Assembly: GCA_947460875.1 (NCBI GenBank)
Contig: CANHGR010000001.1
Coordinates: 168,681 to 232,680, forward strand
Length of the DNA: 64,000 bases
Direction: 5' to 3'
DNA from: Sphingobacteriaceae bacterium
GTDB lineage: Bacteria > Bacteroidota > Bacteroidia > Sphingobacteriales > Sphingobacteriaceae
The translations under genes and the position numbers were made by a program. This document shows, piece by piece, positions 1 through 10,585 of the stretch; positions within the stretch are counted from its first letter, which is position 1; each line of letters opens with the position of its first letter. Below the pieces are notes generated by a model. The model saw nothing but the letters and a program-made list of their open reading frames with translations. It was not told the origin of the DNA and did no database searches.

Positions 1-860
1 GGACCAAGACCTAATACCGTCATTGGGCCTTCCATGATGTGGGCTCCCATATCACCTACAACACCGGTACCGTAATCCCACCATGCTCGCCAATTAAAGG
101 GGTGAACTCTTGCTCCTTTTTCATTTATAACTCCCGGATAAGGCTTGGCCTTAGCCGTTCCCTGCCACAAATCCCAATTAAAGGTGCTTGGAGGAGTCTC
201 TACCGTTGAAGGCCATTTTATCCCGCCTTGCGGCCACCAAGCGCTTGTAGCGCCTCCCGGACGGTCAGTCCAGCAATACACTTCAGTTACATCACCAATT
301 ACCCCAGCTTCATACCATTCTCTCATTTGGCGCACACCGTCATTAGAGGATCCTTGATTGCCCATCTGACTAACGACTTTATATTTTTTTGCCAAATCGG
401 CTAGAACACGTGCTTCATAAATATCGTGCGTTAGGGGTTTTTGAATCCAGATATGTTTCCCTAATGTTATTGCTGCCGAGCCAATAGCAGCATGGTTATG
501 ATCCGGCGTCGATACAGAAACGGCGTCAAAATTCTTGCTTTCCTTATCAAAAAGCTCTCGCCAGTCTGCGTATTGTTTTGCTTCAGGATATTTTGTAAAG
601 CTATTCTTTCCTCTTAACTGGTCTACATCACAGAGGAATGACACCTTAGCTTTGCCACTCCCAATAAATCCACCGATGTCACTTTCTCCTTTTCCACCTA
701 CTCCAACGGCTGCGATATATAGCGTGTCACTCGGTGCTATGTAGCCTTTTCCTAAAACAAAACGGGGTACAATTGTAAATGCGGCGAGGGCAATTGCGCT
801 TTTTTTAACAAATTCTCTCCTTGAGGGCTGAGAGAGTTTTTTTTCCTTTTTGGCTTTCAT
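1..860 (-). CDS. Gfo/Idh/MocA family oxidoreductase with Tat-type signal peptide; partial, 3' end runs off the window
   Basis: Own translation of the minus strand from ATG 860-858: MKAKKEKKLSQPSRREFVKKSAIALAAFTIVPRF (RR-type signal), IAAVGVGGKGESD (Rossmann GxGxxG), TPDHNHA, FNWRAWWDYGTGVVGDMGAH. The frame stays open to position 1. It is absent from the ORF track because there is no stop in the window. Confidence 0.8.
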   Translation of the reverse strand, partial: MKAKKEKKLSQPSRREFVKKSAIALAAFTIVPRFVLGKGYIAPSDTLYIAAVGVGGKGESDIGGFIGSGKAKVSFLCDVDQLRGKNSFTKYPEAKQYADWRELFDKESKNFDAVSVSTPDHNHAAIGSAAITLGKHIWIQKPLTHDIYEARVLADLAKKYKVVSQMGNQGSSNDGVRQMREWYEAGVIGDVTEVYCWTDRPGGATSAWWPQGGIKWPSTVETPPSTFNWDLWQGTAKAKPYPGVINEKGARVHPFNWRAWWDYGTGVVGDMGAHIMEGPMTVLGLG

Positions 861-958
861 TTTAATTTGCGGTTATAATGGGGTATAAGTAAAGGTAAAA
901 AAGTTTTCCGTTAATCTACAGGCGAATTTTAGCAGGAAATGATTGTTTATTGCGCTGC

Positions 959-1942
959 TTATTGCACCAGTAAATTACATCCGCGAATATCACTATTATC
1001 GAATCGCCCGAGCACTTCAAAATTTCCGTTCGAATGCTGCTTTCCTAAATCTTGTGTTGCAATAAAAGAGCAGGAATTTAAGTTAGCCAGATCTATTATA
1101 TTAAGCCCTCCGGTTTGTCCTTGAGCCAGAAGACTCAACGGATCATTAACGTCTCTGGTCGTTACTTGCATCCATGGCGGGCATTCAAAAATTCCACTAC
1201 TTTTTGAATAGGCTTGCGACAGTAATTCGGTCATTCCATACTCGGAATGAATCTCAGAGACACCAAATCCTTTGCATAGTGTTTCGTGCAAGTCTTCTCT
1301 CACCATCTCCTTGCGTTTCCCTTTCATTCCGCCTGTTTCCATAACTATCAATTCAGGGAAATCAATTTTATAGTTATCGATAAAGTCGAGTAGGGCGTAT
1401 GTAACGCCAATTAGTATAGTCGGCCTTGCACTTTTTTTTAATTCAGCCAAGGTTTTTTTTAATTCATCATGATTAAAAAGGAAGTAACCACTATAAGGAC
1501 TTTCGCTTTCACGGATGAGATCATCTACCATATAGATTAGTGATGACCCTTTACGCTCTAGATACGAAGGTAAGAGCGCAAGAACAGCGTAAGAATTGAC
1601 AGGGCCATAAAATCTCTTAAATCCTTCGGTATAACTGTACTTATATAAACTCAAATCCGTTACTTGATGCATGCTCGGGCTACCTCCGGTTGACGAACTA
1701 CTGAAAGTTATTTCAGGATCGGCTTTGCTGCTGATAATTGAATGCGATTTGAAAAACTCGATTGGTAAAAAGGGAATATCTTTTAATGTTTTAACCGAGT
1801 CAGGGACAATCCCAAGTCTGTTTATATAGTCAGCATAAAGACTACATTCTGCGGCTTGAAAATGAAAAATTTGCAGCGAAAAGCGCTCGAACTCTGTAGG
1901 GCTGCTAATCGAGAAAATTTGCCGACTTGAAATTTTATTCAC
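959..1942 (-). CDS. LuxE-like acyl-protein synthetase / acyltransferase family protein
   Basis: ORF track 959..1999. Adenylate-forming-like motifs SSSSTGGSPSMH, METGGMKGKRKE and SEYGMTELLSQAY, with a LuxE/PaaK-like overall layout. I place the start at in-frame GTG 1942 (MNKISSRQIF...), which removes the 25-nt overlap with the upstream gene. TTG 1999 is the alternative. Confidence 0.7.
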   Translation of the reverse strand: MNKISSRQIFSISSPTEFERFSLQIFHFQAAECSLYADYINRLGIVPDSVKTLKDIPFLPIEFFKSHSIISSKADPEITFSSSSTGGSPSMHQVTDLSLYKYSYTEGFKRFYGPVNSYAVLALLPSYLERKGSSLIYMVDDLIRESESPYSGYFLFNHDELKKTLAELKKSARPTILIGVTYALLDFIDNYKIDFPELIVMETGGMKGKRKEMVREDLHETLCKGFGVSEIHSEYGMTELLSQAYSKSSGIFECPPWMQVTTRDVNDPLSLLAQGQTGGLNIIDLANLNSCSFIATQDLGKQHSNGNFEVLGRFDNSDIRGCNLLVQ

Positions 1943-1974
1943 AGCACAAAGATAGGGAAACGCCTTTGATGGAT

Positions 1975-2322
1975 TTAATTGCTTATCGCCTTCCTGCAAT
2001 GGAATCCTGCCAATGCTGCAAATCCGCTTGCCATTCCGCCTGTGAACCCCGTAATTAATAAAACGCTGATCCAGTTAAAACCCGATTCAGGCAAGCCTAG
2101 CATCTGTCCGACGCGATTGGCAAGAATATTATCGTTTGGAATAGTATGCATAAGACTTACGACGATCCAAAGTAAGAAAATCGCTGCAAAGGCAGAGCTG
2201 AAAGCATCCCATCCGCTCTTTGATTTCCAGGCAGCAGCAGTAAAAGAAATGGGCGCTATGATCCACCAGGGCAAGAAAATCTGTAGGATTAAGCTGATAA
2301 TTAATATGATCAGAAATAGCAT
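1975..2322 (-). CDS. small integral membrane protein, unknown function (about 4 TM helices)
   Basis: 115-aa ORF made of hydrophobic helices. ATG 2322 lies 3 nt after the acylase stop codon, so the genes are packed like an operon. No family recognised. Confidence 0.5.
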   Translation of the reverse strand: MLFLIILIISLILQIFLPWWIIAPISFTAAAWKSKSGWDAFSSAFAAIFLLWIVVSLMHTIPNDNILANRVGQMLGLPESGFNWISVLLITGFTGGMASGFAALAGFHCRKAISN

Positions 2323-2325
2323 AAT

Positions 2326-4755
2326 TTATTTTTTAGAAAGCTTCAAATTACCAATTATACGTTCAGAATTTTCGTTTTTAGATTTGAGATAAAGCAGCTC
2401 ATTTAATTGTCCTTCTGTCCATCTATCGATCATGTCATCATAGTAAAAACTTCCTGGATTGCCAGATTGCCCGCCTGGATAGACACCATAGCCCTTTACT
2501 TCTTTGCCTAGCGCTATGACCATTCGCCATGACGGTCCGTTGGTTTCTGCCAGGGCATTAACCGAGCTTTTGGAGCCCCCGTTCATTAGCATTTTCGAGC
2601 CAAATCCGGGAATCTTTCCAAGGTGCGGCACGTTGCTGTGTTTGACATTGGCCCATTTCCATTTATCGCCCAATGTCCCAAATTTCCTCTGCAAGCTATC
2701 AACCGAAAACTTAAAAGAAGCTAGAATAATGTCATCGCGACTTTCTTTTTGCTTGGTTCGAGTGTCGTCAAACCATCGCGATTTTGGTTCATTTAGCAAT
2801 AATTCCACGGTTCTATCCTTAGAAGGGAAAATCATAGGCGTATTTGGATCGCTCCCAAGTTCATCTACCCAGATTCTGGTTCCAAGGTCTTTTTGCCAGA
2901 TCTCGAAAATGCTAGCGCCAATTTCATCTGGATTGAAAAATTTATTCCATTTCCGAACGATATTATAGCTCACCTGCTCGGTAGCAGAAAGTTTTTCAGC
3001 ATTAATTCCGCCCACCATCGTGCCCAGTACATTTGCGGCAAGATTGCTATAGTTGTCGTTTTGAAGTTGACGCATACTATCGACTGTAATGTTCTTCATT
3101 ACCGTTAGGCGGTTATTGATCCGATGTCCACGATCATAACTTGCAAACTCCCAGTTGATATAGTAGGGATAGGATTGATCCGTTGGAGATTGATTTGCTG
3201 AGCTGACATATAAACGTTCGGGATTTTTAACAGTTGGATTTTGTTCTGCAGGAATTCTACCTTGCCAGTCGTTTTCAGGCCTGCTTCCGTCGAGCAATAA
3301 CTTACCTTGGTTCTTCCATTTTAATGGAAAATAGCCATTTGAAGTAATGGCGATATCGTTTTCTATGCTAGCAAAAACAAAGTTCTGTGCAGGGGCGACA
3401 TTATACGGTAGAGCGTTTCTGTAATCAGTATAATTTTTTGCTTTATTCAATAAATAGAATGCAAGTAGGTCTACAGAACCGTCGTGCGCGGTCCAGCGTA
3501 GGGCATGGCCGGTGGGGATATTCTTTCTGTTGGGTTTTTCATTATCCAGGTAGGTGACTGGGCCATGATGGGTATAATAAATAGTATCAATGACGGCTTC
3601 TTCGCCGCGAACCAATACCGTTTCGATGCGCTTTTTGACGGGTTTCCAGCTATCGTTATACCAATATTCTTCTTTAGAGGCATCTCTGAATGTTATACTG
3701 TACCAATCCAGTACATCTGCGCCGACATTCGTAACTCCCCAGGCAACGTTTTGATTAAAGCCAATAATTACACACGGTGCACCGGGTATTGAAACGCCAT
3801 ATACGTTCATTTCAGGTGTCGTTATTTGAATCTGATACCAAATTGAGGGCAATGTAAGATCGAGGTGTGGGTCATTAGCTAATAATGGGTAACCGCTTGC
3901 AGATTTGCTTCCTGCTACCGCCCAATTATTGCTTCCAGTTCCCTCTTCTTTTGGTTTTGTGCGGATAGCCGTTTTCTCAGTTGTCGAGGTTCCAGCCAAA
4001 AATGGTATTGGTAAAGACTTAAAATCCCATTTTGTCCCTATAGGGATGATTGGGTCTTCGCGAAAAGGATAATCAGGAAATAAGTTTTGAACAACTTCTG
4101 GTCCGAATTTTTTCAGAATATTGCTTAAATAAAACTCATTGGAGCCCCCTGCGAGAGTTGCCGACATTAATTTAAGAAGTAGCGCCGTATTTACAATATT
4201 CCATTTTTCTGGGGCATAATCGAGGATCTTAAATTCAATTGGGTAATCTTTGGGGCTCAGCGTATTGATGTATGCATTTACTCCGGCAGCATATGCATCC
4301 GCTATTTCTTTTGCAATTGGATTTTTCTCAAGCGCTTCAACCATGTTTTCAGCCGCGTACATCATCCCCATTCTGCGCTGGTAGCGATCTATTCCAAGGG
4401 CTTTTTTCCCAACTACTTCAGATAATCTTCCGGATGCAGACCTTGTTTGAATATCTAGTTGCCACAGCCTGTCTTTTGCAGTAATATAACCCTGAGCGAA
4501 GTAGCCGTCGTAGTTGTTATCTGCAAATATGTGTGGAATTTGGTGTTCATCAAACTTGATTTCAACACTATTTTTCAGGCCAGTCACTTGAAGCTCAAAC
4601 CTGTTTTTTTGATTTTTGCTTTCGGCATTTTGCCAAAATCCGTTATATGGATCCAAAAATTTGCCCGCAGGGGGGATGTCACCAAATTTATTATGCAAAA
4701 CAAAGACTAAGAAAAATGCGATAGATAAAAACAGGGCAGCCTTTACGATTTTCAT
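2326..4755 (-). CDS. penicillin acylase family protein (Ntn hydrolase, peptidase S45; possibly an acyl-homoserine-lactone or other N-acyl amidase)
   Basis: 809 aa with an N-terminal signal/anchor. GTGSNNWAVAGSKSASGYPLLANDPHL contains the Ser-Asn-Asn-Trp beta-subunit N-terminal nucleophile motif of this family. Confidence 0.85.
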   Translation of the reverse strand: MKIVKAALFLSIAFFLVFVLHNKFGDIPPAGKFLDPYNGFWQNAESKNQKNRFELQVTGLKNSVEIKFDEHQIPHIFADNNYDGYFAQGYITAKDRLWQLDIQTRSASGRLSEVVGKKALGIDRYQRRMGMMYAAENMVEALEKNPIAKEIADAYAAGVNAYINTLSPKDYPIEFKILDYAPEKWNIVNTALLLKLMSATLAGGSNEFYLSNILKKFGPEVVQNLFPDYPFREDPIIPIGTKWDFKSLPIPFLAGTSTTEKTAIRTKPKEEGTGSNNWAVAGSKSASGYPLLANDPHLDLTLPSIWYQIQITTPEMNVYGVSIPGAPCVIIGFNQNVAWGVTNVGADVLDWYSITFRDASKEEYWYNDSWKPVKKRIETVLVRGEEAVIDTIYYTHHGPVTYLDNEKPNRKNIPTGHALRWTAHDGSVDLLAFYLLNKAKNYTDYRNALPYNVAPAQNFVFASIENDIAITSNGYFPLKWKNQGKLLLDGSRPENDWQGRIPAEQNPTVKNPERLYVSSANQSPTDQSYPYYINWEFASYDRGHRINNRLTVMKNITVDSMRQLQNDNYSNLAANVLGTMVGGINAEKLSATEQVSYNIVRKWNKFFNPDEIGASIFEIWQKDLGTRIWVDELGSDPNTPMIFPSKDRTVELLLNEPKSRWFDDTRTKQKESRDDIILASFKFSVDSLQRKFGTLGDKWKWANVKHSNVPHLGKIPGFGSKMLMNGGSKSSVNALAETNGPSWRMVIALGKEVKGYGVYPGGQSGNPGSFYYDDMIDRWTEGQLNELLYLKSKNENSERIIGNLKLSKK

Positions 4756-4921
4756 TTCTGATTGCTTTGGTTAGTGTAAAGTGAAAAATAAAGAAAAAGT
4801 TTGGTTAATGTAAGAACTATGAATTACGGAAGAGGTTTTTTGAGAAAATAAATTTTAGATATATACTTGATAAAAAAAAATATTAAATTTATGTAACTAA
4901 ACTACCATTAAACTAAATTAT

Positions 4922-7804
4922 ATGTACAAGATTTTTACTGGTTTCATTGTTGCCGTGCTTTTCTATTCAGGAGGTGTGGCGTATTCTCAAAGTATCACTA
5001 TTTCTGGTACCGTATCAGATAAGGCTAATAAAGAAGGACTGCCGGGGGCGGCGGTTACTATCAAGGGTAAAACGGTCGGCGCCACCACAAATGAGCGTGG
5101 TCGATTTAATCTAATTACTGCCGAGTCACTTCCTGTTACAATAGTAATCACGTATATAGGATTTAAACAAGTAGAAGTGCCTGTCAGCAGTGCCTCTTCC
5201 GATCTTTCGATAGAAATGGAAACGAGCAGTTTTCTTGGGCAGGAAATTGTAATTGCAGCGTCGAGAACACCTGAGAGCATACTTGAATCTCCGGTTTCAA
5301 TTGAACGCGTTGGTGCAACCGCAGTTAAAGAAAGCGCAGCACCTACTTTTTATGACGCACTTCCAAACTTGAAAGGCGTTGAATCAAGTGTTCAAAGTTT
5401 AACATTCCGTTCAATAAATAGTAGGGGATTTAATGCAAATGGAAATGAACGCTTTAATCAATTTATCGATGGAATGGATAATCAAGCGCCGGGACTTAAC
5501 TTTTCGGTCGGAAATATTATCGGGATGTCGGATTTAGACGTTGAGAGTGTAGAGCTCTTACCAGGTGCTGCATCCGCACTATATGGCGCGGGGGGTATTA
5601 ACGGCACGCTTTTAATGAACTCGAAAAGTCCGTTTAGCTACCCAGGACTTAGTGCTTCGTACAAAATAGGGATGAACCATGCCGACAACTTTCAGACTAA
5701 AGCCTCTCCTTATGAAGATATGGCAATAAGATATGCGAAGTCGTGGAACAATAAGTTCGCATTCAAAATTAACCTCTCGTACCTCAATGCGAACGATTGG
5801 CAAGCTAAAGATTATTCAAACTTTGATAGGGCAAATGGAGTTGGGAAAACTGGCGACCGAAATTCCGATCCTTCTTTTGATGGTGTAAATATATACGGTG
5901 ATGAGCCTAATTCGGCCTTTCCAACCCCTTTTGTGGTTGCTCAGGCAGTTCAAGGCCAAACTCGCGCCGGTATCTTGGCGAATACAGGTGGTACAGTTGA
6001 TATCGTTGCCTTGCTTAATGCTTCATTGCCGGCTAATGCAACGTCTGCCCAGATTGGTGGATTTATAGGAGCACTTCCGGCACCGATTCGCCCTTCAGTT
6101 ACTAATATGATACCCTTCTATTTTGGGTTACGTAATAATGTGATCCCAAATACTGTAGTTACCCGCACCGGTTACAACGAAGCAGATCTTGTAAACTATG
6201 ATTCGAGGTCAGTGAAAACCTCAGGCTCTTTTCATTACAAACTCAGCAGTACTGTAGAAGCCATAGCACAAGCTAACTGGGGTAATGGTACTTCGGTCTA
6301 TACAGGCACTGACCGTTATTCAATCGGTGGGTTCAGAATTGGGCAGTATAAATTAGAACTAAAAGGCAGTGACTTTTTTCTTAGAGCTTATACCACTCAA
6401 GAGCGTTCAGGAGATGCTTACAACGCTACGGCGCTTGGTTCTTTTATAAATCAGAATACAAATCCGGCTGCAGCTTGGTTCCCTGAATACACAGCAGCTT
6501 ATTCGCAGGCAAGACTTGGCGGTGCTTCTGATGCTCAGGCAGCAGTTGCTGCCAGACAATTCGCGGATAGAAATAGGGCGCAACCCGGTTCACCTGAATT
6601 TCAAAGATGGAAGTCAATCGTCACTTCGACAACAATCGCTGCAGGCGGTGCTAAATTCAGTGACAAATCAAACCTCTTTCACTACGAAGGAATGTACAAC
6701 TTTACCAATATCTTGGATGGAAAGCTTGATTTACAAGCAGGAAGTTCTTATCGTGTTTACAACCTTAAATCTGATGGATCAATTTTTGACGATTTAAACA
6801 AGAAGCTGGATATTAAGGAATTTGGTGCATTTGTACAAGCAGGAAAGCGGTTAATGAATGAAAAGTTGAAGCTTACAGGAGCCCTGCGCTACGATAAAAG
6901 TGAATATTTTGAAGGTCGTTTTACACCGAGAATCTCTGGGGTTTACACCGTTTCGCAGAACAATAATATTCGCGCTTCCTATCAAACAGGATTTCGCAAT
7001 CCAACCACGCAAAATCAATTTATCGACTTGTTGGTTGGTGGTTCCGTGCGTTTAATTGGCGGCCTTCCAGAAATGATTAGTAAATACAATTTAAATACGA
7101 ATACAGGATATACACTTGAAAGTGTTAATAAATTCAGATCAACAGGGAATGTAGCAGACCTTAAAAAATACACTTTTGGTAAATTCAAGCCTGAAAGTGT
7201 CGACGCCTACGAGATTGGCTATAAAGGATTAATAAATAATAAGCTATTGATTGATGCGTATTATTATGCCAATTCGTATGAGAACTTTGTTTCTACATTG
7301 ACTCTCTTGCAGGCGCCAGACGGAACCCCTGCTACCTTAGCTACTGCCAAGGTATTTTCTTCAAAAGTGAACAATCCAGATAAGGTGCGATCAAATGGTG
7401 CGGCACTTGGCCTAGATTACGTGATGGGTAAATATAATTTAACAGGAAATGTGTCTTACAACAAGTTAAGAAACACAAACAGTATTCTGCAAAACGAGTT
7501 CAATACTCCTGAGTATAGCTTTAATTTGGGCGTATCTAATCGTGAGATTATAAAAAATATAGGGTATAACTTAACTTACAGATGGCAAGACAAGTTTAAA
7601 TGGTTCTCAACTTTCGCTGCCGGTGAAGTTCCTGCTTTTGGAACTCTCGACGGACAGGTAAGTTATAAAATACCAAGCTATCAGGCCACTGTTAAATTGG
7701 GTGGATCCAATCTCCTTAATCGTTACTACAGAACTTCGTACGGAAACCCACAAATCGGCGCAGTTTACTACGTTTCCTTTGTTTTCGATCAATTCGGTCG
7801 CTAA
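4922..7804 (+). CDS. TonB-dependent outer membrane receptor with N-terminal carboxypeptidase-regulatory-like domain
   Basis: 960 aa. Signal peptide, ISGTVSD...GLPGAAVTIKG (CarboxypepD_reg), plug region (ESPVSIERV, LPGAASALYGAGGINGTLLM) and a long beta-barrel. No SusD-like partner follows. Confidence 0.85.
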   Translation: MYKIFTGFIVAVLFYSGGVAYSQSITISGTVSDKANKEGLPGAAVTIKGKTVGATTNERGRFNLITAESLPVTIVITYIGFKQVEVPVSSASSDLSIEMETSSFLGQEIVIAASRTPESILESPVSIERVGATAVKESAAPTFYDALPNLKGVESSVQSLTFRSINSRGFNANGNERFNQFIDGMDNQAPGLNFSVGNIIGMSDLDVESVELLPGAASALYGAGGINGTLLMNSKSPFSYPGLSASYKIGMNHADNFQTKASPYEDMAIRYAKSWNNKFAFKINLSYLNANDWQAKDYSNFDRANGVGKTGDRNSDPSFDGVNIYGDEPNSAFPTPFVVAQAVQGQTRAGILANTGGTVDIVALLNASLPANATSAQIGGFIGALPAPIRPSVTNMIPFYFGLRNNVIPNTVVTRTGYNEADLVNYDSRSVKTSGSFHYKLSSTVEAIAQANWGNGTSVYTGTDRYSIGGFRIGQYKLELKGSDFFLRAYTTQERSGDAYNATALGSFINQNTNPAAAWFPEYTAAYSQARLGGASDAQAAVAARQFADRNRAQPGSPEFQRWKSIVTSTTIAAGGAKFSDKSNLFHYEGMYNFTNILDGKLDLQAGSSYRVYNLKSDGSIFDDLNKKLDIKEFGAFVQAGKRLMNEKLKLTGALRYDKSEYFEGRFTPRISGVYTVSQNNNIRASYQTGFRNPTTQNQFIDLLVGGSVRLIGGLPEMISKYNLNTNTGYTLESVNKFRSTGNVADLKKYTFGKFKPESVDAYEIGYKGLINNKLLIDAYYYANSYENFVSTLTLLQAPDGTPATLATAKVFSSKVNNPDKVRSNGAALGLDYVMGKYNLTGNVSYNKLRNTNSILQNEFNTPEYSFNLGVSNREIIKNIGYNLTYRWQDKFKWFSTFAAGEVPAFGTLDGQVSYKIPSYQATVKLGGSNLLNRYYRTSYGNPQIGAVYYVSFVFDQFGR

Positions 7805-7820
7805 ATAAAAGATTATTTAA

Positions 7821-7855
7821 AAAAAAATCCTCGCCAAAAGCGGGGATTTTTTTTG
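7821..7855 (+). terminator. rho-independent terminator after the TonB-dependent receptor gene
   Basis: ATCCTCGC / GCGGGGAT 8-bp stem (one G-U pair) with loop CAAAA, followed by a T8 run and preceded by an A7 run. Confidence 0.7.
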
Positions 7856-8018
7856 ATATTACCATAAATCTATTATAAATAATATTAAATCATTAAAAAT
7901 TAAACAATTTTTATATAGATTTGACATATAGGACAAAGCCACTTACTATTAACGATTTTGCATAAACTAAGCGTCTGCCGCAATTTGACGCGTTAATCAT
8001 ATACCCGAAAAGAAAAAT

Positions 8019-10490
8019 ATGGATAATTCTAAGGATATTCCTTTAACAGAGCTATTGCCAAATGAGTTTAGTATTGAACAGCTTGAAGAAGGTGTACAGC
8101 ACGTAAATAACCCTATTGTAGGCGTTAGGCCGATTGTTAAGAAATACCTGACAAAAATTATAGCGTATACTCAGGATAATAATAACTTTTATTTTTATGA
8201 TGGAGAGGCTAAGGTAGAAGTTCGTGTAGTAAGTGATGAAATAATCCGTGTTAGACTTGCGCCTCATGGGGTTTTTCTGGAAGAATTTTCATACGCGGTA
8301 CCTTATGCCCTGCAAAGATCAACCGTATTCGCTTTTCATGAGGATGAAACGAACTATTATGTTGCAACTAACACCGTTACCTGCATCGTCCGTAAGAGCG
8401 ATTTCTTTATTTCTTTTGCCGATATAAACGAAAAAATAATCAACGAAGATGCTACCGCAATGCATTGGGAGGAGAACGCAGATTTCGGGGGCTATTATGT
8501 GTATTGTACTAAAAAAGCCGCTGTTGATGAGAATTTTTACGGACTTGGTGATAAGACAACAGACTTTAATCTGCGCGGTAAACGGCTTGTAAACTGGAAT
8601 TCAGATACCTATTCGTTCGCAAAGCATCAAGATCCGCTGTATCGGACTATACCTTTCTATATCGGTATCACCGAGGGAACGAGCTACGGAATTTTCGTAG
8701 ACATTACCTTTAAATCACATTTTGATTTTGCGCATGAAGATGTTGGAAAAACTAGTTTCTGGGCAGATGGCGGTGAACTTCAGTATTATTATATTCACGG
8801 TCCGCATATGATGGATGTCGTTAAACGATATCACTCACTAACGGGTACGCACCCTATGCCACCGCAATGGGCGCTTGGCTTTCATCAATGCCGTTGGAGT
8901 TACTTCCCAGAGAGTAAAGTAAAGGACATCGCACGTAATTTTCGCGAACGTAAGATCCCTTGCGATGCGATTTACTTGGATATCGATTATATGGATGGTT
9001 ATCGCTGTTTTACTTGGAACAAAAAATACTTCAGTGATCCCAAAAGAATGATGAAGGAGCTTTCCGAGGATGGCTTTAAATTAGTGGTAATTATTGATCC
9101 GGGTATAAAAGTTGATGATAATTATTGGGTTTTCCGAGAGGGAAAAGAAAAAAAATATTTTTGTCGTCGTTGCGATGACTACTTTATGGAAGGCTATGTT
9201 TGGCCAGGACGTTGCCAGTTTCCTGATTTTACTAATCCTGAAGTAAGAGAATGGTGGGGTGATTTATTTAGAGAATTAGTTGAGGCAGGTGTCGCGGGTG
9301 TATGGAACGACATGAATGAGCCGGCAGTATTTGGCTCTGGAACTTTTCCGGTAGATGTTCGTCACCAGTTTGACGGCTTTCGTGGCTCACACAGAAAGGC
9401 GCATAATGTGTACGGTATGCAAATGGTCCGTGCCACATATGAAGGGCTAAAAAGACAACAAAAAAATAAGAGGCCGTTTACTATTACCCGCGCCGGATAT
9501 TCTGGAGTTCAACGCTATGCATCAGTATGGACAGGCGATAACGTGGCTTCTTGGGAGCATTTGAAATTAGGTATAATACAGTGCCAACGCCTATCTGTTT
9601 CCGGCTTATCGTTCTGTGGAACAGATATCGGTGGATTCAGTGGTGAACCGGACGGCGAGCTATTTACGCGATGGATTCAGTTTGGAGTCTTTTCACCATT
9701 AATGCGCGCCCACTCTGCCGGTGATACCAAAGAGCGAGAGCCCTGGAGCTTTGGCACCGAGTACGAAGACATCAATAGAAAATTTATCGAACTGCGATAT
9801 AGGCTCCTGCCTTATATTTATTCGGCATTTTGGGAGCATCACAAATATGGATTCCCGATTCTGCGTCCCATGGTTATGATTGAGCAGGACGAGAAATTGA
9901 ACCATTTTCGTGAGAATGAATTCACCTTTGGAGATAAGATCTTAGTGTGCCCCGTAACAGAACCTGGTGAAAGAACCAAGATGGTTTATTTGCCAAAAGG
10001 GAAATGGTACGACTACTGGACGCATGAACTTCTTGAGGGAGGAATGGAACATCTTATCCAGGCGCCATTAGACAGTATGCCAATATTTGTCAAAGCGGGA
10101 TCTGTAATTCCGGAGTATCCGCTAATGCAGTATGTTGGCGAAGTTCCTATCGATGAACTTATGTTCCAAATTTACTATTCTGACTATGAAGTAAACTCGT
10201 TCTACTATGAAGATCATGGAGATACGTTCGCATATGAACAGGATATTTACTTAGAAAAGAAATTTGTAGTAAAAGGAAGCTCATCATCGATGACGATAGC
10301 GCAATCTATAGACGGATTGTTCACTCCACGTTATGAAACTTATGATCTGAAGTTAATCTGTCTCCCATTTGTGCCTAAAAAAGTAATAATTGACGGCCGC
10401 GACTATACAGGTGATTTAGACGTAGATAACCTAAAGCGTTTGCGGATTAAAGCAAATAAGAACTTTAAATTTATACAAGTTTTAGGATAA
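8019..10490 (+). CDS. glycoside hydrolase family 31 (alpha-glucosidase-like)
   Basis: 823 aa. GVWNDMNEP catalytic nucleophile motif, IYLDIDYMDGYRCFTW, WTGDNVASWEHL, FSPLMRAHS. Adjacent to glgB. Confidence 0.85.
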   Translation: MDNSKDIPLTELLPNEFSIEQLEEGVQHVNNPIVGVRPIVKKYLTKIIAYTQDNNNFYFYDGEAKVEVRVVSDEIIRVRLAPHGVFLEEFSYAVPYALQRSTVFAFHEDETNYYVATNTVTCIVRKSDFFISFADINEKIINEDATAMHWEENADFGGYYVYCTKKAAVDENFYGLGDKTTDFNLRGKRLVNWNSDTYSFAKHQDPLYRTIPFYIGITEGTSYGIFVDITFKSHFDFAHEDVGKTSFWADGGELQYYYIHGPHMMDVVKRYHSLTGTHPMPPQWALGFHQCRWSYFPESKVKDIARNFRERKIPCDAIYLDIDYMDGYRCFTWNKKYFSDPKRMMKELSEDGFKLVVIIDPGIKVDDNYWVFREGKEKKYFCRRCDDYFMEGYVWPGRCQFPDFTNPEVREWWGDLFRELVEAGVAGVWNDMNEPAVFGSGTFPVDVRHQFDGFRGSHRKAHNVYGMQMVRATYEGLKRQQKNKRPFTITRAGYSGVQRYASVWTGDNVASWEHLKLGIIQCQRLSVSGLSFCGTDIGGFSGEPDGELFTRWIQFGVFSPLMRAHSAGDTKEREPWSFGTEYEDINRKFIELRYRLLPYIYSAFWEHHKYGFPILRPMVMIEQDEKLNHFRENEFTFGDKILVCPVTEPGERTKMVYLPKGKWYDYWTHELLEGGMEHLIQAPLDSMPIFVKAGSVIPEYPLMQYVGEVPIDELMFQIYYSDYEVNSFYYEDHGDTFAYEQDIYLEKKFVVKGSSSSMTIAQSIDGLFTPRYETYDLKLICLPFVPKKVIIDGRDYTGDLDVDNLKRLRIKANKNFKFIQVLG

Positions 10491-10585
10491 GCCTAAAGGG
10501 AATTTTTGGCTAGTACATTTTAGAATTTATTCCGCTAATTTTTATAAATTGTACCGACCAATTACTAATCCATCCGCTTTTTAAC

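Noticed and set aside
1979-2392. 137-aa plus-strand ORF antisense to the small membrane protein and the acylase 3' end
   Set aside because: It lies antisense to two well-supported genes and has no recognisable motifs. The many other 60-160 aa antisense ORFs in the track (for example 2504..2968, 36449..36829, 50581..51048, 26761..27213, 60524..60872) are rejected for the same reason.
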